A stretch of DNA of 64,000 nt, taken from a virus. Where the stretch lies: the IMG/VR virus record IMGVR_UViG_3300009164_003814. The stretch is one strand, 5' to 3'. A program made the translations under genes and the position numbers. The notes beneath the pieces are model-generated. The model was not told the DNA's origin and ran no database searches. It saw nothing but the letters and a program-made list of their open reading frames with translations. Shown here piece by piece: positions 59,181-64,000 of the stretch (the stretch's first letter is position 1; each line of letters opens with the position of its first letter).

Positions 59181-59629
59181 GCTTAATAGCACTGCCGGTG
59201 GTAGATAAACAGTATTGGATTTTGAAAGAAAACGATCGCAAGGTCGGCAATGTGGAAGCCTGTGCTGGCGGATACCAAGTCAAGATCAATGATCAGATTG
59301 TACAATTTAAAACAATCAAATTAGCAGCTCGAACTGCAAATATTGAATTTGAACCGGCGACTAAAATTGTCAAGCCCAAAACAAACATAGATCAGATCTA
59401 CGGCTACGCTGTCACAGGTCGAGTGTACAATCCCATGTGGAATGTTGCACAACAATTGCCTGTGTATACCAAAACTAGCAAAAGCAAAAGTTGGTTTGCC
59501 GCTGGTTGGTATAATGTCAAAAAGGGTCGCAAATGGAAAGAGATACTTGCACCCAAGTTAATTACACTACAGAGATATCCTTATCAAGGGCCATTTTATA
59601 CTCAAGAGGAAGCTGATACTAATGACTGA
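59177..59629 (+). CDS. Hypothetical protein
   Basis: 150-aa coupled ORF. Confidence 0.6.
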   Translation: MSLIALPVVDKQYWILKENDRKVGNVEACAGGYQVKINDQIVQFKTIKLAARTANIEFEPATKIVKPKTNIDQIYGYAVTGRVYNPMWNVAQQLPVYTKTSKSKSWFAAGWYNVKKGRKWKEILAPKLITLQRYPYQGPFYTQEEADTND

Positions 59630-59996
59630 AATGACAAATCCATTTTTAGACCAAGCACGATTTATGCAACTATGCGGACAATCTGTAGCTACTGAAAACG
59701 TTGATCAATACGCACTATACTTAAATTTAATTAAAGAAGAAGTTCAAGAGTTAGAAGACTCAAAAACCCGCACAGACGATCTTGATGCCTTGATTGATAT
59801 TCTTGTGGTTACAATTGGAGCCATCCACAGCGCCGGCTTCGATGGAGAAGCTGCATGGAAGGAAGTAATGCGTACTAACTTTGCCAAGATTGATCCTGTC
59901 ACTGGCAAGATTCGCAAGCGTGGCGATGGAAAAATTCTTAAACCCGAGGGGTGGACTCCTCCCAATCTAGAACCATTTGCACGACTTCCCGAATGA
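59622..59996 (+). CDS. MazG-like all-alpha NTP pyrophosphatase
   Basis: LIKEE..EL, DALID..VV, V...N..K, DGKILKP. Confidence 0.75.
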   Translation: MTEMTNPFLDQARFMQLCGQSVATENVDQYALYLNLIKEEVQELEDSKTRTDDLDALIDILVVTIGAIHSAGFDGEAAWKEVMRTNFAKIDPVTGKIRKRGDGKILKPEGWTPPNLEPFARLPE

Positions 59997-60202
59997 GCCT
60001 ACACTTACAAAAGTTTGTTGATCGAGTGCGTGGACACGAAGCTCGTGGGTCAAAGGACTTTATTATGACTCTAGCTGAGGCCAAAGATATGCATGCTGAT
60101 ATCACTAGACTACTGTTAGAACTGCACGATCTACGTGAACAGGTTAGTAAACCACAAACAGAAGAAGTAATAACAGTGCAAGTAGGTGGCGGCTCATTCT
60201 AA
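59993..60202 (+). CDS. Hypothetical protein
   Basis: ATGA-coupled. Confidence 0.55.
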   Translation: MSLHLQKFVDRVRGHEARGSKDFIMTLAEAKDMHADITRLLLELHDLREQVSKPQTEEVITVQVGGGSF

Positions 60203-60247
60203 ATATACCTATATTTCTAGATAAATAAAACATAGGAATATAATGCT

Positions 60248-60535
60248 ATGAGCCGACCAAAACCCAGCGTATTAATCGAACACACTAACAAATCTACCTA
60301 CAAGACCGAACAAGTTTTGGCCAGCGAAGGTGTATGGGCTGTGTTTTTTGAATCCAAACCTATCAATTTAAAAACATCAAACATGTTGGTGCAATATCCT
60401 GGCCCCAAGTATAAAAAAGTTTCATTCAGTAATCCTGGGCATGCTAAAAACTTAGCCCGTAAGCTCAACACACAATTTAAAACTGACAAGTTCACAGTAG
60501 TGTTACTACGTGCTGGTGATCAGATATATCCATAA
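60248..60535 (+). CDS. Hypothetical basic protein
   Basis: MSRPKP...; after ATAAATA and SD. Confidence 0.6.
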   Translation: MSRPKPSVLIEHTNKSTYKTEQVLASEGVWAVFFESKPINLKTSNMLVQYPGPKYKKVSFSNPGHAKNLARKLNTQFKTDKFTVVLLRAGDQIYP

Positions 60536-60536
60536 T

Positions 60537-60908
60537 GTGCGCGATAAAAAGAAACTTACTCAAGAACTTGTAGGCCTATTACCCGAGGCTCAACGCATGA
60601 GCCCGGCCTCAGCATTCAGCGCATGGTGGTACAACTTACGCAGTACCGGAGGTCTTAGATTGACCACTCTAGGGTACATAATCTTTGTTGACTATCTTGA
60701 TCTTGCACAATACGAATTCCGTATCGAAGATGCACACGAATTTAATCTACGCACTGTAATTGCCTTAGATCGACAACTGGAATTGCCTTACTATATTGTG
60801 ATTAAAAAAGGTGTACCGGTTAGTGTGATATTTTTTGGCAGTAAAGAAGCCATGTTGGTTAACTTGTACGGCAATTTACAAAAGTTTCTTGACAACTATC
60901 AAACATAG
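60537..60908 (+). CDS. Hypothetical protein
   Basis: Probable GTG start; GGLRLT..G. Confidence 0.55.
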   Translation: MRDKKKLTQELVGLLPEAQRMSPASAFSAWWYNLRSTGGLRLTTLGYIIFVDYLDLAQYEFRIEDAHEFNLRTVIALDRQLELPYYIVIKKGVPVSVIFFGSKEAMLVNLYGNLQKFLDNYQT

Positions 60909-60922
60909 TGTTATACTAAATA
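60889..60922 (+). promoter_or_regulatory. Promoter for the tmRNA precursor
   Basis: TTGACA-17-TATACT with overlapping CTAAATA. Confidence 0.75.
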
Positions 60923-60924
60923 CT

Positions 60925-61340
60925 CAATATGGGCGTGATCGTAATAAGTTTCAAGATGTTCACGCAAAAGGTAATCCTAAGATTGACGGTAAGAATGTTA
61001 AAGGGTATAATTAAAGAATTCGTTGAAGGTAGAAGTATGGCGATCAAGACTCGGGTGCAACTCCCGACATCTCCACCGGAGAGTATTAGATAGTATTCTG
61101 CGGTGGGGATGAATTAGAATCGATTGGCGCTAAAGGGCTACTGGAGGATCGGCAATGTAGAAGCCGTTAGGATTGGGACTACTCAGTCGAAGACACAAAA
61201 ACTTTAAATGCAAACGCATCTAAAGGCGAAGTAACTGTAACTGGTAAGAATGTTAAATTCTCTGCTCGCACAGCACAACGCCAACCATTAGCAGTTTAAT
61301 CACTGCTTAGGGGAATTATCCCTCGTAACAGAAAATAGTA
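60925..61340 (+). ncRNA. ssrA: Circularly permuted (two-piece) tmRNA; outer ends approximate
   Basis: The 3' part (T-arm TCGGG-TGCAACT-CCCGA, CATCTCC-A-CC at 61051-61077) precedes the 5' part (GGGGATG at 61105) and pairs with it, including G3.U; tag frame 61210-61299 ANASKGEVTVTGKNVKFSARTAQRQPLAV*. Confidence 0.88.
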
Positions 61341-61366
61341 GAACCCGCTTCGGCGGGTTTCTTTTT
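61341..61366 (+). terminator. Rho-independent terminator
   Basis: aacccgc-ttcg-gcgggtt followed by T tract. Confidence 0.9.
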
Positions 61367-61490
61367 ATGCGTTGCTAACTCCTAAAAGTACCAAGAAAGT
61401 CTGCAAAAATTGCTAACCACTAGTAGTAACCACTAAATATTTGTCTAGGTTCACAGATCAGTGAACTTTCTTTTAAAAGGAAATATTAGA

Positions 61491-61943
61491 ATGAAAAAAG
61501 TAATCTTAACAGTAGCATTAACTGTAGCCGCCGGGGTTGCAAGCGCCGCTGATGTTGGTGTGTATGGTGGTCGCAATATGGGTTCCGAAAACAATCTGGT
61601 TGGTATTTCAGTTGGACCGTCTTTTGGAAAAATTGGTGTTCAAGCCACAGCCGATCGTAGCACAACTCAGCGTACCGATGTAAATCGTTACACTGCTAGT
61701 GCCAGCTATGATGTAATTAAATTAGGTCCAGTACAAACTAATGTTCGTGCAGGCGTTGCTTTTGTCGATCCACAAAGTGCAAAAGCATCCAATGGCGGTG
61801 CTGGTTTTATAGGTGCCGGTATTGCATACCCAGTTACATCTAAAGTTAATTTAGTTGCTGATTATGCATATCAAAAAGGTAACAACATTACTAAAGCATA
61901 CGATGGTAACATTGTAACTGCCGGTGTCAAGTACTCATTCTAA
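61491..61943 (+). CDS. Outer-membrane beta-barrel protein (OmpA-TM/Ail/Lom-like)
   Basis: Signal peptide ending ASA, amphipathic strands, C-terminal GVKYSF. Confidence 0.8.
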   Translation: MKKVILTVALTVAAGVASAADVGVYGGRNMGSENNLVGISVGPSFGKIGVQATADRSTTQRTDVNRYTASASYDVIKLGPVQTNVRAGVAFVDPQSAKASNGGAGFIGAGIAYPVTSKVNLVADYAYQKGNNITKAYDGNIVTAGVKYSF

Positions 61944-61961
61944 TAGTTAATTAGAGTTCAC

Positions 61962-61989
61962 AAAAAAGCCTCCTAAGGAGGCTTTTTTT
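61962..61989. terminator. Bidirectional terminator
   Basis: aaaaaagcctcc-taa-ggaggctttttt between convergent genes. Confidence 0.88.
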
Positions 61990-61994
61990 ATTGA

Positions 61995-62873
61995 TTAAAC
62001 CTTGTTAGGTTTTAGATTTGAAAATTGTATTTTTTTGTATTCGTATGACTCGGGGCAAAATTTACATTGCGGAATAGGGTCATCTAGTGTACGGAAAAAT
62101 TCTTCACCGCGTTCATCAAATTCATCTATACTCAACCCACGATAACTATGTATCAGTGCTCTGTCTTCATCCGATACATCAAATGGATACTGTTGATCAA
62201 ACTGTTGCATTAACGGTGCCGGTCCACATTTATGAATTTTTCCATCAATGAAATGATAATTTTTCCACTGTACAAACCCACAATTGCTGTGTGCTTTTAA
62301 TGGATCACTATTATATAATTTAAATTCACCGTTAGGACCTTCTATAATGTTGCTTTGATTAAAGTGATCACTAATCCATACATGAACTTCAACTCTATTA
62401 GCATCAATAAATTGAAATGTAGACCCAATGGGTGAATTTAAATCGTTAGTTTCTTTTATAGGATGCACCAGATAATTTCTAATACGAGTAAAAATTGCAT
62501 CTCGATCATCAAGCGAATGTAAACTAATTCCTATCCAAGCCCCGATTGCCTTGCACGAGTCGTACAATCCTGGAACTAAATCAATCCTGGTACCGTTTGA
62601 TTGTATTTGTGGTGCATAGTGATCTGGCCACAAGAGACGTATTCCTTCAATCCATTTAGTGATTGAAGGATTGAGTAGTGGTTCTCCGCCAAGAACCACT
62701 GGCTTAATAATATCAATTTTTTCCGCCCACTTTTTAAAAATTGGTTCGTAATCTTCCCATTTTTCCCATCCAGCAAATTTATAATTATTGTATCTATTGC
62801 AACCGGAGCAGGTTAAATTACATACATTTGTGATATAAAATTCTAGTTTATTAATGATTATTCGTTGTGTCAT
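61995..62873 (-). CDS. Radical SAM protein
   Basis: CNLTCSGC, GGEP, SNG, C-terminal CKFC; likely start MTQRII. Confidence 0.8.
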   Translation of the reverse strand: MTQRIIINKLEFYITNVCNLTCSGCNRYNNYKFAGWEKWEDYEPIFKKWAEKIDIIKPVVLGGEPLLNPSITKWIEGIRLLWPDHYAPQIQSNGTRIDLVPGLYDSCKAIGAWIGISLHSLDDRDAIFTRIRNYLVHPIKETNDLNSPIGSTFQFIDANRVEVHVWISDHFNQSNIIEGPNGEFKLYNSDPLKAHSNCGFVQWKNYHFIDGKIHKCGPAPLMQQFDQQYPFDVSDEDRALIHSYRGLSIDEFDERGEEFFRTLDDPIPQCKFCPESYEYKKIQFSNLKPNKV

Positions 62874-63895
62874 AGTGTTTGTTTGTTTACAGGAGGTTTC
62901 CACGATCCGCAAGTATTTACACAAGTATACAATCTGCCTTCTGCAATGCTTGGCATATCCCATGTGTGTTCAACACTATCAAACCATTTAATACAATCTT
63001 CCAATGACGATTCCAAGGCATTATTTCCTTGCACTAAAAGTTTTAATTGTTCATTGCCTGCGTGGTGCATGGTCTTTGGATAATAGCCAAGATAACAACA
63101 TGGATATATTTCTCCATTTGCAGCAATATATAATTCTTGATTTCGTTTATGATTACACCCAATATTCAGTGGAGTGATGTCTTTTGATGATTTAAATGTT
63201 TTTGCATCAAACCAAGTGATATGACTTTGTATCATGGAGATAATATCAGGCTCTATAGCAGTGTTGGGCCATGGTTCACCAAGCCAATGACTAAAATCCC
63301 CAGTACGACTATAAACTGGTCCATTGTTTCTTCCATCACTAATGTTATCAAAATATTTAAATCCTAATTCTTTGGCCAATTCTCTACACTCTTTTTCTTG
63401 ATGTTGATTATGGGTAAATGGAATAAATCTCCAAATTGCAGTGCCGCCGGCGGCAATAAATGCTGTAGCATTTTTAATTACCGTATTCCAATCCGTATCC
63501 TGACGATAGAGAGAGTGCGTGTCTGCTAAGCCATCCAATGCAAATCCCACTTTGACTCCTGGCAGTGCTAACCGTGCCCACCAATCTGGAGTTCTCATGC
63601 TACCATTGGTGTAAATATTAACATTACAGTTATTATCAACTAGGTACCGAACAATCTCAATTCCGTCTTTGGCCAGTCCAAAATCTCCCAAATTACCATT
63701 AAACAACACATGGTCGATTTGCTTTAAAAAATCTGGTTTCAATATTTTTTTAATATCTTCTAAAGACAACTCAGTTATTGGATATCCGCTATTGTACTCA
63801 AGCCCCCGATAATTACGCATGCACATGGGGCATCGAGAGTTACAACGAGTAGTAAGTTCAATTTGAAGTCGAGTAATTTCGTGGAGTTTAAGCAT
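62870..63895 (-). CDS. Radical SAM/SPASM-like protein
   Basis: CNSRCPMC, TNG, G..YPCC, C...C; likely start MLKLHE. Confidence 0.8.
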   Translation of the reverse strand: MLKLHEITRLQIELTTRCNSRCPMCMRNYRGLEYNSGYPITELSLEDIKKILKPDFLKQIDHVLFNGNLGDFGLAKDGIEIVRYLVDNNCNVNIYTNGSMRTPDWWARLALPGVKVGFALDGLADTHSLYRQDTDWNTVIKNATAFIAAGGTAIWRFIPFTHNQHQEKECRELAKELGFKYFDNISDGRNNGPVYSRTGDFSHWLGEPWPNTAIEPDIISMIQSHITWFDAKTFKSSKDITPLNIGCNHKRNQELYIAANGEIYPCCYLGYYPKTMHHAGNEQLKLLVQGNNALESSLEDCIKWFDSVEHTWDMPSIAEGRLYTCVNTCGSWKPPVNKQTL

Positions 63896-63918
63896 GGAAT
63901 ATTTATGTACTATACTGG

Positions 63919-63947
63919 TTGACAAAGTATAAATACCCTTGTATAAT
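63919..63947 (+). promoter_or_regulatory. Sigma70-type promoter with nested TATAAATA
   Basis: TTGACA-17-TATAAT; TATAAATA at 63928-63935. Confidence 0.8.
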
Positions 63948-64000
63948 ACTTGCTATGATGAATAATAACTTGCATCTTTCTTTGTCAACCCTACTCATTA

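Noticed and set aside
60929-61093. 54-codon ATG ORF over the tmRNA acceptor piece
   Set aside because: No SD, and it overlaps structural RNA; probably incidental
61045-61125. tRNA-like element read as a tRNA gene
   Set aside because: No anticodon arm, and the halves are in permuted order; explained by the tmRNA
1-64000. CRISPR array, integrase/transposase or alternative genetic code
   Set aside because: No spaced repeats or recombinase motifs were seen, and genes are full-length and tightly coupled under the standard code

Overview
A gene-dense, almost entirely + strand segment of a large T4-like (myovirus-type) phage genome. The Bug/TctC gene and spanins point to a Gram-negative host, probably a betaproteobacterium. 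From left to right: (1-7.8 kb) accessory SGNH-like, sulfotransferase-like, methyltransferase, Bug and APS-kinase genes; (7.8-11 kb) lysis cassette; (11-14 kb) DnaJ and ClpA; (17.6-30.8 kb) an array of modular proteins with T4 capsid-targeting-like N-termini and prohead-protease-like linkers, carrying nucleotidyltransferase, metallopeptidase, amidoligase, ParB, GNAT, HNH and deaminase domains, plus Dps; (31-36 kb) DsbA-like protein, family B DNA polymerase and sliding clamp; (35.8-55.8 kb) 7-deazaguanine genes (TGT/DpdA-like, folE, queD, queE; no queC in the window) interleaved with glycosyltransferases and a branched deoxysugar pathway, plus nadE and a homing endonuclease; (58-61 kb) RNase H-like nuclease and small genes; (60.9-61.4 kb) a circularly permuted two-piece tmRNA with an unusual 29-aa tag; then an outer-membrane beta-barrel and radical SAM genes. 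The strongest novelty candidates are the capsid-packaged effector polyprotein array, the permuted tmRNA with a second tag-like frame, and a possible glycosylated deazaguanine DNA modification. All calls come from motif recognition by eye; no searches were run.
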